From the NCBI GenBank assembly GCA_963745035.1, contig CAVUVW010000019.1:1-64000 (forward strand): a stretch of DNA of 64,000 bases, given 5' to 3'. The notes under the pieces were generated by a model. That model searched no databases, had not been told where the DNA came from, and saw nothing but the letters and a program-made list of their open reading frames with translations. This document shows positions 1 to 9,579 of this stretch, in pieces (position 1 is the stretch's first letter; the number at the start of each line of letters is the position of its first letter). The DNA is from an uncultured delta proteobacterium. GTDB lineage: Bacteria; Desulfobacterota; Binatia; UBA9968. A program made the translations under genes and the position numbers.

Positions 1-89
1 AAGCGCAGCCAACCGATTACACTGTTTGTCAATAGTGACCTTTTCCGAGCTTCAGTTACCCGGCCAGAACAGCAGACACAGATAGGTCT

Positions 90-3000
90 TCAGAGTTTCT
101 GGCTTGCGCGCCGAATTTTCCAACCCCTCCATACGTCGAAGATCGCCGGATACACCAAGAGCTCAAGCAGAAAGGAAGAAATGACGCCGCCGATCATTGG
201 CGCGGCAATTCGCTTCATCGTATCAGCGCCGGCACCGTGGCTCCACATGATCGGCAGCAATCCCATCAGGATAGCCATGATCGTCATTACCTTTGGCCGG
301 ATCCGCTTTACGGCGCCTTCGATAATCGCTTCATGGAGATGACTGATTGTCCGCATGCGCCCCTCGGTGCGCCATTTCTCATAGGCGTGTTCTAGATACA
401 AAAGCATGATTACGCCGGTTTCGGCGTCCACGCCGGCCAGCGCGATGAGCCCGACCCAGACCGCTACGCTCAGGTTGTAATCCAACAAATAGAGCAACCA
501 GACGGCTCCGATCATGGAAAACGGAACAGCGAGCAGCACGATCGCGCAGCGCGCAACCGATTTGAAGTTGATGTAGAGCAACAAAAAAATAACCAACAGG
601 GTGAGCGGGACGACATAGATCAAACGCTCTTTGGCGCGTTCCATGTATTCGTACTGACCGCTCCAGGAAAGCGTATAGCCGGTGGGGAGCTGGACCTGCT
701 CGGCGACTTTCTTCTTCGCCTCTTCGACATAACCGCCGATATCCCGGCCCGCCATATCGACATAAACGTATCCGGAGAGTTGGCCGTCTTCATCGCGGAT
801 CATAGCGGGACCCGAAGCGAGGCGTAGCTCAGCCAGTTGTCCCAGCGGCACCTGCGCGCCGTTCATGCCGGGAATGAGTATGCGCTTTAATTTTTCGGGG
901 TCGTCGCGCAGCTCTCTCGAGTAGCGAACGCTGACCGGATAACGCTCTCTTCCTTCCACCGTGGTCGTGATGCTCTCCCCGCCGATCACCGACTCGATGA
1001 GCATCTGGATTTCGTCGATCGCTAGGCCGTAGCGCGCGATCTCATCGCGCCTTAATTCGAAATCGAGGTAATAACCGCCTGTGACCCTCTCCGCATATAC
1101 CGTGCGGGTACCCGGGATCATTTGCAGTGCCGCCTCGAGGTTCTTGCCGATTTCCTCAATCTTGCCTAAGTCGGGACCGAAGATTTTGATGCCGATCGGG
1201 GTGCGAATGCCCGTAGACAGCATATCGATACGGTTCTTGATGGGCATGGTCCAGGCGTTCGCTACGCCCGGCAGCCGGAGCTTCTTGTCCATTTCCGCGA
1301 CCAACTCCTCCCACGTGATAGGACGGGTTGTGCCAAGCAGAAAATCGCCAATAGACCCTAACAGCCAGAGCCAGTGGGAGCGATCGACCGCAACCGTGCG
1401 CCACTGCGATTCGGGCTTTAGCATGACCGTTGTCTCTCCCATGCTAAAAGGAGCTGGATCGGTTGAGGTTTCCGCCCGGCCGGCCTTGCCAAATACCCAT
1501 TCGACTTCAGGAAAGCTTTTTAGAATTCTGTCTTGCATCTGGAGCAACCGGGTCGATTGGGTTACAGAAATCCCCGGGAGCGTTGTCGGCATGTAAAAGA
1601 TCATGCCTTCGTTCATGGGCGGCATAAACTCAGAACCCAGACGCATAAAGACAGGGATTGTGAGGATTAACGCCAGACCGGCGAGAGCAATCGTGGTTTT
1701 TCTAAAGCGCAACACCCAGTGGATCACCGGCATATAAAGCGCGATGAGAAGGCGGTTGACCGGATTCCTCGCTTCCGGCCGGATGCGGCCGCGAACCAGC
1801 AAGACCAATAATACCGGCGCGAGAGTGATAGACAGAAAAGCGGCAAAAAACATGGCGAAAGTCTTGGTGAAAGCCAGCGGTTTGAACAAGCGTCCTTCCT
1901 GGGCCTCCAAGGTGAAAATCGGTAGAAAGGAGACTGTAATGATGAGAAGCGAGAAGAAAAGCGGCTTTCCGACCTCCTTGGCCGCCTCGATGAGCACATC
2001 TGTCCTATTCCCGGGCCTTCCCTGCTCTTCCCAGTGTTCCAGTTTCTTATGGGCGTTTTCGACCATGATGATGGACGCGTCTACCATCGCGCCGATGGCA
2101 ATCGCAATACCGCCCAACGACATGATGTTCGCCGTCAGATTCAGGTAGTGCATCGCGATGAACGAGATGATGATGGCGATGGGAAGCGTGATAATGACGA
2201 CGAGCGCGCTCGGGATGTGAAAGAGAAAGACGATGATGACGACGCTGACAATCAAACTCTCTTCGATCAATTTTTCCTTGAGAGTCGCGATGGACCTGAG
2301 GATGAGGTCGGATCGGTCGTAAGTCGTGACGATCTTTACCCCGGAGGGGAGAGAGGGCTCGATCTCTTTGATTTTTTCCTTGACGCGCTCGATCAAAGTG
2401 AGCGCGTTCTCACCGTAACGCATGACGACGATGCCGCTCACAACCTCGCCCTTGCCGTCCAGTTCGGCGATGCCGCGCCGCATGTCGGGCCCCAGTGTGA
2501 CCGAGGCGATATCCCGCACCAGAATAGGCGTCCCGCGTTCCCCGCCTACCGCGATCCCTTCGATGTCTTTGACTGATCTGATATACCCGCGGCCGCGAAT
2601 CATGTATTCGGCGCCGCTTAACTCTATCGAACGCCCGCCTACTTCGTTGTTACTCATACGAATGGCATCGACGACCGTCTTCGGCGAAAGACGATATGCC
2701 GACAAACGATTAGGGTCGATATTAACTTGATACTGACGGACGAAGCCGCCCAGGCTCGCGACCTCGGCGACTCCTTCCACGCTGGCTATCTGATACCGGA
2801 GGTACCAGTCTTGCAGAGTTCGTAGCTGAGCCAAATCATACTTGCCCGTTTGATCGACCAAAGCATACTGAAAGACCCAACCCACACCGGATGCGTCGGG
2901 GCCCAAGGTCGGCGTCACGCCCTTGGGCAACCTGCCGCTGACCTGATTCAGATATTCGAGTACGCGGCTCCTCGCCCAATAAATGTCGGTGCCGTCTTCG

Positions 3001-3290
3001 AAAATGATGTAGACATAGGAAAAGCCGAAGTCGGAAAAGCCCCGGACGAATTTCACTTTCGGAGCTGAAATCATGGTCGTGACGATCGGATAAGTAACCT
3101 GGTCTTCCATAATGGTCGGATTTCTTCCCATCCAGGGCGTATAAACGATGACCTGGACATCGGAAAGATCCGGTATCGCGTCGAGCGGGATATTTTTCAG
3201 CGACCAGAGACCCGCGGCGCTTAAGAAAATCACCATGAGGAAAATCAAGAATCTATTCCGGGCGCTGCCTTCGATAATCTTTTCGATCAT
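90..3290 (-). CDS. cusA: CusA-type Cu(I)/Ag(I) RND efflux permease
   Basis: 1066 aa; LDAIPDLSDVQVIV, MVDASIIMVEN; Met residues matching the CusA triad contexts (IFYMPTTLPG, PAPFSMGET, AWTMPIKNRIDML). Confidence 0.95.
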   Translation of the reverse strand: MIEKIIEGSARNRFLIFLMVIFLSAAGLWSLKNIPLDAIPDLSDVQVIVYTPWMGRNPTIMEDQVTYPIVTTMISAPKVKFVRGFSDFGFSYVYIIFEDGTDIYWARSRVLEYLNQVSGRLPKGVTPTLGPDASGVGWVFQYALVDQTGKYDLAQLRTLQDWYLRYQIASVEGVAEVASLGGFVRQYQVNIDPNRLSAYRLSPKTVVDAIRMSNNEVGGRSIELSGAEYMIRGRGYIRSVKDIEGIAVGGERGTPILVRDIASVTLGPDMRRGIAELDGKGEVVSGIVVMRYGENALTLIERVKEKIKEIEPSLPSGVKIVTTYDRSDLILRSIATLKEKLIEESLIVSVVIIVFLFHIPSALVVIITLPIAIIISFIAMHYLNLTANIMSLGGIAIAIGAMVDASIIMVENAHKKLEHWEEQGRPGNRTDVLIEAAKEVGKPLFFSLLIITVSFLPIFTLEAQEGRLFKPLAFTKTFAMFFAAFLSITLAPVLLVLLVRGRIRPEARNPVNRLLIALYMPVIHWVLRFRKTTIALAGLALILTIPVFMRLGSEFMPPMNEGMIFYMPTTLPGISVTQSTRLLQMQDRILKSFPEVEWVFGKAGRAETSTDPAPFSMGETTVMLKPESQWRTVAVDRSHWLWLLGSIGDFLLGTTRPITWEELVAEMDKKLRLPGVANAWTMPIKNRIDMLSTGIRTPIGIKIFGPDLGKIEEIGKNLEAALQMIPGTRTVYAERVTGGYYLDFELRRDEIARYGLAIDEIQMLIESVIGGESITTTVEGRERYPVSVRYSRELRDDPEKLKRILIPGMNGAQVPLGQLAELRLASGPAMIRDEDGQLSGYVYVDMAGRDIGGYVEEAKKKVAEQVQLPTGYTLSWSGQYEYMERAKERLIYVVPLTLLVIFLLLYINFKSVARCAIVLLAVPFSMIGAVWLLYLLDYNLSVAVWVGLIALAGVDAETGVIMLLYLEHAYEKWRTEGRMRTISHLHEAIIEGAVKRIRPKVMTIMAILMGLLPIMWSHGAGADTMKRIAAPMIGGVISSFLLELLVYPAIFDVWRGWKIRRASQKL

Positions 3291-3303
3291 GTCGCCACTC
3301 GAC

Positions 3304-4848
3304 TTACTGGGCCACTAAACTGAACTTCTCCTGAATCTCTTTCTGTCCTGGCCGCCGCACGACGACGGTCACGTCCCATTGTCCGGCCATCGCGAGCATC
3401 GTTTTCGTCTCGTAGAAACCATCCTTTGACAGCTTGCCTTCTCCTTTGGAAGGAACCATGCCGGGCATCGCCATGTTGAAGACAAAAGAGACCTGCGCAT
3501 CCTTGATCAGCTGTCCGGCTTTGTCGGTAACTTTTAGGCGAATGACATTCTCGCCCGCCTTCGGCTTCTCAGGCTGAGTAAGCAGCGTGAGCGTCAGATC
3601 CTGAACTTTCTTTTCCTGGCGCCCGGCTTTGGCCGCGGCTTGTGTTTCCATCCCCTTCATATCGGCGTGCCCCGCCATCCCCGCCATTGAGCCCATCGCT
3701 TCCTTGAGCCGGCTTTCCGAATCGAGCAGAAAGCCTGCGCTCGCAAGGATGCGCTCTCCGGGAGAGAGTCCCGCTAGAACTTCGTAGTATCCGTCGAACT
3801 TGTTACCGATCTTTACCTCGGCCGGCTCGAACCGACCCTCTCCTTTGTCGAGAAAGACGACCTTTCTCAGGCCCGAGTCCAAAACGGCTTCATCGGGCAC
3901 AGCCAACTTGCGGCCCGCGTTGATTTCTATTTCGGCGTTGGCATACATCTCCGGTCTCAAAATGAAGTCGCGATTTGAAAATTCCAACCGAACTTTCGCT
4001 GTTCGCGTCTTTTCGTCGAGAACCGGGGAGATCCATGACACTTTGCCGATGAAATCCCGCGCTGGATAGTAGGCGAGTTTGATCGTCGCCTTCTGTCCAA
4101 CCCGTATGTGAGCCAGCTCGTACTCATAGATATCCGCGTTGACCCACACAGTTGATAAATCGGCGATCGTGTAAAGCTCCTTATCCGGCATCACTCGCAT
4201 TCCCTGAAGAGCGTCTTTCTTGAGCACAAAGCCGCCGATCGGCGAATAAAACGTAAGATTTCGTTTAGACTTCCCGGTTTTCTCCAAATCGTTGATCTGT
4301 TCTTCGGAAATATCCCAAAGACTAAGGCGGCGGTGTGCCGATTCTAAAAGCGCGTCAGATCCGGCGCTGATCTCTTTTATAGAGCTCGATCCGAGTGTTT
4401 GTTTCGCTTTCAGAGCCAGAAGATATTCTTCTTGTGTCGCGACCAAGTCCGGGCTGTAGAGTGTAAACAGAGGCTGTCCCTGGCTCACGAGAGTCCCGGT
4501 GTAATTCACCAGGAGTTTTTCGATCCACCCTTCAACTTTGCTGAAGACTTGAGCGACCCGCGTCTCGTCATATGTGACGATGCCAACCGTCCGAATTGTT
4601 TGGATCATCGGGCGAACCTCGGCGGTTGCTGTTCGTATGCCGACCAGTTGCTGCCTTTCAGGACTGACGTTGACTCCGGTCGAGCTCATGTTATGGCCTG
4701 GCATGGATTGGTTGCCGGCCGCCGCTCCCGTATCACCGTGATCGGATGACGCGCGATTCGCTTTTGGACTGCTCTGTCCCCGCCAATAGCCAATCGCAAA
4801 TACTCCCGCGAATACAATCAGAGCGCCCAGAATCTTTAGCATCTTCAT
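3304..4848 (-). CDS. cusB: CusB-type periplasmic adaptor with extra C-terminal YtkA/FixH-like domain
   Basis: GWIEKL, YSPDLVATQEEYL, PEMYA, FLLDSES; tail with MAMPGM and MAGQWDVTV. Confidence 0.9.
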   Translation of the reverse strand: MKMLKILGALIVFAGVFAIGYWRGQSSPKANRASSDHGDTGAAAGNQSMPGHNMSSTGVNVSPERQQLVGIRTATAEVRPMIQTIRTVGIVTYDETRVAQVFSKVEGWIEKLLVNYTGTLVSQGQPLFTLYSPDLVATQEEYLLALKAKQTLGSSSIKEISAGSDALLESAHRRLSLWDISEEQINDLEKTGKSKRNLTFYSPIGGFVLKKDALQGMRVMPDKELYTIADLSTVWVNADIYEYELAHIRVGQKATIKLAYYPARDFIGKVSWISPVLDEKTRTAKVRLEFSNRDFILRPEMYANAEIEINAGRKLAVPDEAVLDSGLRKVVFLDKGEGRFEPAEVKIGNKFDGYYEVLAGLSPGERILASAGFLLDSESRLKEAMGSMAGMAGHADMKGMETQAAAKAGRQEKKVQDLTLTLLTQPEKPKAGENVIRLKVTDKAGQLIKDAQVSFVFNMAMPGMVPSKGEGKLSKDGFYETKTMLAMAGQWDVTVVVRRPGQKEIQEKFSLVAQ

Positions 4849-4888
4849 AATCTATCTCCCGGGTATGATTCGTTGGTGGGGACCACCG

Positions 4889-6163
4889 TTACTGCAAGTC
4901 CCGACCCACCGCGCGCTCGAGATCCGCTAGGTTTTGCAAAACGCTCGCGGTGGCCTTGTAGTATCCCATGCGCGCCTCCCGCAGAGCTCGCTGAGCCTCG
5001 AGCAGATTCAAGAACTCCGCGCGCCCAGTCTGATAAGCCGAGAGCGCGGATCTGAAGGAAAGCTCGGCTTGGGACAAAAGGCCTTCGCGGTATAACTGAA
5101 GGGATCGCTTGGCAGCCTGAACTCTGGCTTGCGACTCGCCAACCTGTTTGACGGTCATGTTTCGCATCGCCTCCCGGTTAGCCCTGGCGGCGCGGATCTC
5201 GGCCAGACTTTCTTCGACTTCGTAGTTGCGTCTGCCGGCAGTCCAGGGGGAAAAGGGAATTGTGATATTGATCATGGCGCCATATCGGTCCTTCTTCATT
5301 TCCATTGGCATGCGCATATAATCCCAGCCGAGCATAAAGTCGGGGTATTTTCGGTTGCGGTCAGCCAACTCGTACATGCTTTCCGCCCGCTCGATCTCCC
5401 GTTCCCTCCCTTGCAGCTCCGGACGGCTGGCCAACGCCAAATCGTCGAGCGTAGGAGCATCGAGCGCACCGTCGGGCAGCGTGAGATCGGCGGCGATCTG
5501 AACCGGCGTCCGCGGCGGTCGATACATGGCGGTGTTCAGCTTCACGGTGGCGACCGTGATTTCTTCTTCCGCAACAATTAATTGATTCAAAACCTGGCTT
5601 TGCTCCAACTGCGCCTTGAAAACATCCTGCTGCGCCACTTGTCCGACCCGGTAGCGCGCCTCGGTAGCGCCGATGACAACGCGCACGATCTCCAGCTGCT
5701 CGCGGAGAATCTCAACGGAGCGTTGCGCCATGAAAAGATCGGCGTAGGACATCTTGATCATCGCTATGATTTCGCGCTCCTTGGCGCGAAGCTCCTGCTC
5801 GGCGATGTTTATTTCGCGCTGGGCGATCTTCTCCTTGAGACCAAGCTTGCCAAAAAAAGGAACCATCTGGCGAATCCCGATCGAGTTCGTATCCGCCTGA
5901 TTGAGGCTGGTCGGGTTTGAGAGTGGCACCCCGCCGAGCTGGAACGCAATCTGCGGATCCTCCAGATAAGGCACTTGCTTGGCTTTCGCTTCCATGGCGC
6001 GGAGCCTGTGCTGGAGCTGTTGAATCTCGGGGTTTTTTTTCAGCGCTTGCTTGACTGCTCCGGCGAGAGTCAGAGGTGCCTCGGAGGCGAAAGCCGCCGC
6101 GGCAAGCTGAAAGACAAGCAATGGCGCGAGCGCCACTCTGCAGCTGAATAGGACCTTACACAT
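4889..6163 (-). CDS. TolC-family outer membrane factor (CusC-like)
   Basis: 424 aa, signal peptide, NPEI, helical OEP repeats, AYQTG..FLNLLEAQR; first gene of the cus operon; SD GGAGGAG. Confidence 0.9.
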   Translation of the reverse strand: MCKVLFSCRVALAPLLVFQLAAAAFASEAPLTLAGAVKQALKKNPEIQQLQHRLRAMEAKAKQVPYLEDPQIAFQLGGVPLSNPTSLNQADTNSIGIRQMVPFFGKLGLKEKIAQREINIAEQELRAKEREIIAMIKMSYADLFMAQRSVEILREQLEIVRVVIGATEARYRVGQVAQQDVFKAQLEQSQVLNQLIVAEEEITVATVKLNTAMYRPPRTPVQIAADLTLPDGALDAPTLDDLALASRPELQGREREIERAESMYELADRNRKYPDFMLGWDYMRMPMEMKKDRYGAMINITIPFSPWTAGRRNYEVEESLAEIRAARANREAMRNMTVKQVGESQARVQAAKRSLQLYREGLLSQAELSFRSALSAYQTGRAEFLNLLEAQRALREARMGYYKATASVLQNLADLERAVGRDLQ

Positions 6164-6314
6164 CGCTCCTCCATCAGATCATCTGCGTGCCAACAATGCA
6201 GTGGGCACATCAGAGAACGGCGCTGCCAATCCGGCAGCGCGCACGAATACGAAAACGCCGTCCGCTCGGTCGAAGAGCTGCGCAGGGCGGCGCCGGCCAA
6301 AAGGAGGAAAATCT

Positions 6315-6665
6315 CTAGATGCGAAGATTAGGCTTGAACGAAGCGATTGGAGGGCCGGCCGCAGACAAGTGTATGATTCTCCGCCCGGGCAAGAGATCAA
6401 ATGCGGACGGCGACAGGTGATGAGAAGCCAAGATCCATTGTAGACTCAAGCTGTAGACGAATTCCCCCGTCGGGGGCGGCAGAGACTGGAAAAAGGCCGT
6501 GCGGCAATCGGACTCGGTCTTTGGCTTATCGCCGGTACAGTCATGTGGCTCACGCGCTTCGGCTGCTTGCGCTGCGAACACCGGCAACAAGCGCCCGGGG
6601 CATATCGCACAAAGAGCGTAGATCACAAATAGCACTATAGAAATGTACTTATATCTAGGTCTCAT
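6315..6665 (-). CDS. Putative regulatory leader protein (hydrophobic N-term, CxxC, ends GPP...LRI*)
   Basis: 116 aa; LCAICPG, PHDC..SDC, AAGPPIASFKPNLRI-TAG; lies between a sigma70 promoter and cusC. Confidence 0.7.
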   Translation of the reverse strand: MRPRYKYISIVLFVIYALCAICPGRLLPVFAAQAAEAREPHDCTGDKPKTESDCRTAFFQSLPPPTGEFVYSLSLQWILASHHLSPSAFDLLPGRRIIHLSAAGPPIASFKPNLRI

Positions 6666-6680
6666 ATTCTCTTTGCCGCA

Positions 6681-6709
6681 ACTCTAGGGCGCTGATACTT
6701 TGATGTCAA
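6681..6709 (-). promoter_or_regulatory. Sigma70-type promoter for leader-cusCBA
   Basis: Minus strand TTGACA-17 nt-TAGAGT just upstream of the ATG at 6665. Confidence 0.65.
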
Positions 6710-6780
6710 CACGAAACTCGTATGCTGTTGTCAGGCGCATTTATTGCGCCCCTTAAAACAAAAAACAAGGAGGTAGTGTT

Positions 6781-7144
6781 ATGTCTCACCAGGCCGATCC
6801 TACCGTATCGATCATGACCGATTGCCACGACATTTGCCTTCAAACCCTGTCTTACTGTTTGGACAAAGGCGGCGACCATGGGCGGACGGGCATATTACAC
6901 TATTGATTGAGTGTGCCGAGATCTGCCGGACCGCGGCAAACTTCATGCTGCGCAATTCCGAGCACCATGCCCGGGTTTGTGGAGTCTGCGCCGACGTTTG
7001 CGACCGCTGTGCCGAAGATTGCGAGCGAGTGGCAGTGGGCGACGAGATGATGCAGCAATGCGCTGAATCTGCCGGTACTGCGTAAACGTTTGCCGGGAAA
7101 TGTCTCGACAGACCGAGCGCCCGCGCCAGGGGTCCGCAGCTTGA
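6781..7144 (+). pseudogene. Four-helix-bundle Cys-rich copper storage protein (DUF326/Csp3-like), two frameshifts
   Basis: SD AAGGAGG then MSHQ..DCHDICLQTLSYC, shift to ECAEICRTAANFMLRNS..CGVCADVCDRCAEDC, shift to ICRYCVNVCREM..TGA. Confidence 0.8.
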
Positions 7145-7233
7145 AACACGTTGCTCCAAGTACGGGCACGGGTATGGGAACCGGTGCCCGACTTTGAAGA
7201 TTCGATCTTGAGTCATCGTGTCGACCGTAAAAA

Positions 7234-7887
7234 TTACGCCTCATTCAGCCGCCGGTGGCCGCCGAAGTGCGGAATGAACGCGGGCGTCGAATCCATATAA
7301 TGCCGATATTTCTCACCGAACTCTCCGAGTACCTCTCTCTCTTCCCGGTGCGCAAGCTTGATGTACATCGTCACAAGAATCGGAAACATCACCAACGTGA
7401 TCAGCGTGGGCCACTGAAAGAGAAATCCAAACATGATCAGAATAAATCCCAGGTATTGCGGATGACGCACATACGCATACGGTCCGGTTGTCGCCAATGT
7501 GTGCGTCCGCTGAGCTTCATAAAGCACTTTCCACGAAGCGGACAAAAGAATGAAACCGCCTAAAATCAAAAGGTTGCTGAGAAGATGTAACGGATCAAAG
7601 TGAGGATCGATCTTCCAGCCGAGCAGCGTGTTCCAGAGATGACCGGCATCGTGAGATAACAAATCCAGATTTGGGTAGCGCTTTATCACCCAGCCGGAAA
7701 TCAAATAGATCGTCAACGGAAAGCCGTACATCTCGACGAAAAGGGCGACGATAAAAGCGGAGAACGCGCTGAAGGAGCGCCAATCACGCTTCGTCTGGGG
7801 CTTCGAGAAGCTAAAAGCGAAAATAATAAAAATCAAAGAATTAATAATCACCAAAGACCAGAGGCCATAAGCCGGTGCGTCCGTCAT
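7234..7887 (-). CDS. Isoprenylcysteine carboxyl methyltransferase (ICMT/PEMT) family membrane protein
   Basis: MTDAPAYGLW, EMYGFPLTIY, TGPYAYVRHPQY, EERE..EFG..Y; ATGA overlap with the upstream gene. Confidence 0.88.
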   Translation of the reverse strand: MTDAPAYGLWSLVIINSLIFIIFAFSFSKPQTKRDWRSFSAFSAFIVALFVEMYGFPLTIYLISGWVIKRYPNLDLLSHDAGHLWNTLLGWKIDPHFDPLHLLSNLLILGGFILLSASWKVLYEAQRTHTLATTGPYAYVRHPQYLGFILIMFGFLFQWPTLITLVMFPILVTMYIKLAHREEREVLGEFGEKYRHYMDSTPAFIPHFGGHRRLNEA

Positions 7888-8126
7888 GTTTTTTCTCCTC
7901 TTCCGCCATGCTTGTGGTTCTCGGAGTGACCTCCATGCCCGCCATGTCCCCCATGAAACATGTGCAAAAGAGGACAAAGAAGCAGCAAAACGTAGGGCAA
8001 GGCGCCAAGCAGATGCGCCTTATGTTCTTCCCAAAGAAAAAATACAGCGATGACCGCAAATCCTATGAATGCAAGACCAGTCCGTGACTTTATCCAATTA
8101 ACGAAGCCCGTTTGTTCCGTCTCCAT
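7884..8126 (-). CDS. DUF2933 family membrane protein
   Basis: EHKAHLLGALPYVLLLLCPLLHMFHGGHGGH motif. Confidence 0.88.
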   Translation of the reverse strand: METEQTGFVNWIKSRTGLAFIGFAVIAVFFLWEEHKAHLLGALPYVLLLLCPLLHMFHGGHGGHGGHSENHKHGGRGEKT

Positions 8127-8170
8127 ATATGTTTCCCCTATTCTCCAACGAGATCCGCCCCAATTACGGG

Positions 8171-8638
8171 CTACATGTCCTGCGTCACCGCACCACTGGA
8201 ATGCTCGGCAGCTACCTGCCGTGCTGATAAGACTCTTGTGAAATCAAAGGCAAAGATCCCGGTGATCATAGCTAAGAAAAAAATCACGGCAGAGAAATTT
8301 CCTGATGCTAGGGACGTTATAGCCGGACCCGGACAATAGCCGGCGATTCCCCAACCCAGGCCGAAGATGACGGATCCTCCAAGCAGACGAGAGTCGATTT
8401 GCGTCCGGCTCGGTATCGAGGTCGCAAACGAGAAACGGGAGGAAGAACGAGCGCGGATCGCTCGATAGAAAAGCGAATGAACCCCGATGGCGCCAAGCAT
8501 TACGAAGGCGAGGCTTGGGTCCCAGTTGCCGGCGACATCGAGAAATCCGATGACCTTGGTTGGCCGGGTCATGCCACCAACGCCGAGGCCCATGGCGAAC
8601 ACAATTCCTGAGATAAACGACACCAGAGTCGACTTCAT
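8171..8638 (-). CDS. YeeE/YedE family sulfur-transport-related protein (second subunit)
   Basis: GMTRPTKVIGFLDVAGNWDPSL, FGLGWGIAGYCPGP. Confidence 0.88.
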   Translation of the reverse strand: MKSTLVSFISGIVFAMGLGVGGMTRPTKVIGFLDVAGNWDPSLAFVMLGAIGVHSLFYRAIRARSSSRFSFATSIPSRTQIDSRLLGGSVIFGLGWGIAGYCPGPAITSLASGNFSAVIFFLAMITGIFAFDFTRVLSARQVAAEHSSGAVTQDM

Positions 8639-9066
8639 ATGATGCCTCCGAGAAGATGATTGATCACATAAACCGCAGCCGCGCCCACCACTAAGAAGAT
8701 CACGGTGGCAACGATCGAGCGGACGGAAAACCGACTGATACCACAGACCCCATGGCCGCTTGTGCAGCCGTTAGCTATACGCGCCCCGAGGCCAACCATG
8801 AAGCCTGCCAAGACAAGGGCAGTTCCAGAGCGAACGATCCCCAAGTCGAATGCCTGAGGCGCAAGCAGCCGGAGTATGAACCCGCCCGTGACCAATCCGC
8901 CGATGAAGGTAGCGCGCCAGAGCGTGTCGTTCTTCTTCACATCGACAAGGCCGCCAACAATCCCGCTGATTCCTGCAATCTTACCGCTGAACAGGAGCAT
9001 CGCTGAGGCACTTAGCCCTATTAAGATTCCTCCCATGAGGGAAGCGATCGGGGTAAACTGTTCCAT
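8635..9066 (-). CDS. YeeE/YedE family protein (first subunit)
   Basis: GKIAGISGI, GCTSGHGVCGISRFS. Confidence 0.88.
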   Translation of the reverse strand: MEQFTPIASLMGGILIGLSASAMLLFSGKIAGISGIVGGLVDVKKNDTLWRATFIGGLVTGGFILRLLAPQAFDLGIVRSGTALVLAGFMVGLGARIANGCTSGHGVCGISRFSVRSIVATVIFLVVGAAAVYVINHLLGGII

Positions 9067-9225
9067 TTCTCATCCTTGTTTTTTATTTTCACTTTCATCG
9101 CCAACGTTCAGAGTTTCCTCCGACAACAAACCAATTATCCCGCCGCCACTACAATCCCCACTGCAAGACCAGAAGCGGAAGCTTTAATTTCCATAAGGCC
9201 TCCTCCTAACGGTCAGAGGTTCGAA

Positions 9226-9552
9226 TCAACTCAGATCTCTTTTCTTGACCTCGAACTCTTCTTTGTTGATCTCGCCGCGGGCGTAGCGCTGTCGCAAAAT
9301 CTCCAGCGCCGAATCGCTACGCCCACCTCGGTCCTGGCTCATGAACCAACGGACGGCGAACACGACGGCTGCAATCACCAGAATCCAGAAAAACAGCATC
9401 ATAAACATCATGCCGATTCCCCAAATGCCGCCCATCCAACCCATCGGGTGCATTCCCCAACCCCAGTCGTAGGGTCGCTCCTGGGCGAAGGCCGATATTG
9501 GAACAAACCAACTCATCGAGATCGCAAATACGATCCTGCGCCAGGTAACCAT
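9226..9552 (-). CDS. SHOCT-domain membrane protein with Gly/Met/Trp-rich linker
   Basis: GWGMHPMGWMGG, TM helix, ALEILRQRYARGEINKEEF. Confidence 0.85.
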   Translation of the reverse strand: MVTWRRIVFAISMSWFVPISAFAQERPYDWGWGMHPMGWMGGIWGIGMMFMMLFFWILVIAAVVFAVRWFMSQDRGGRSDSALEILRQRYARGEINKEEFEVKKRDLS

Positions 9553-9579
9553 GATCCGCCTCCTTTGAAGAGGGACGTG

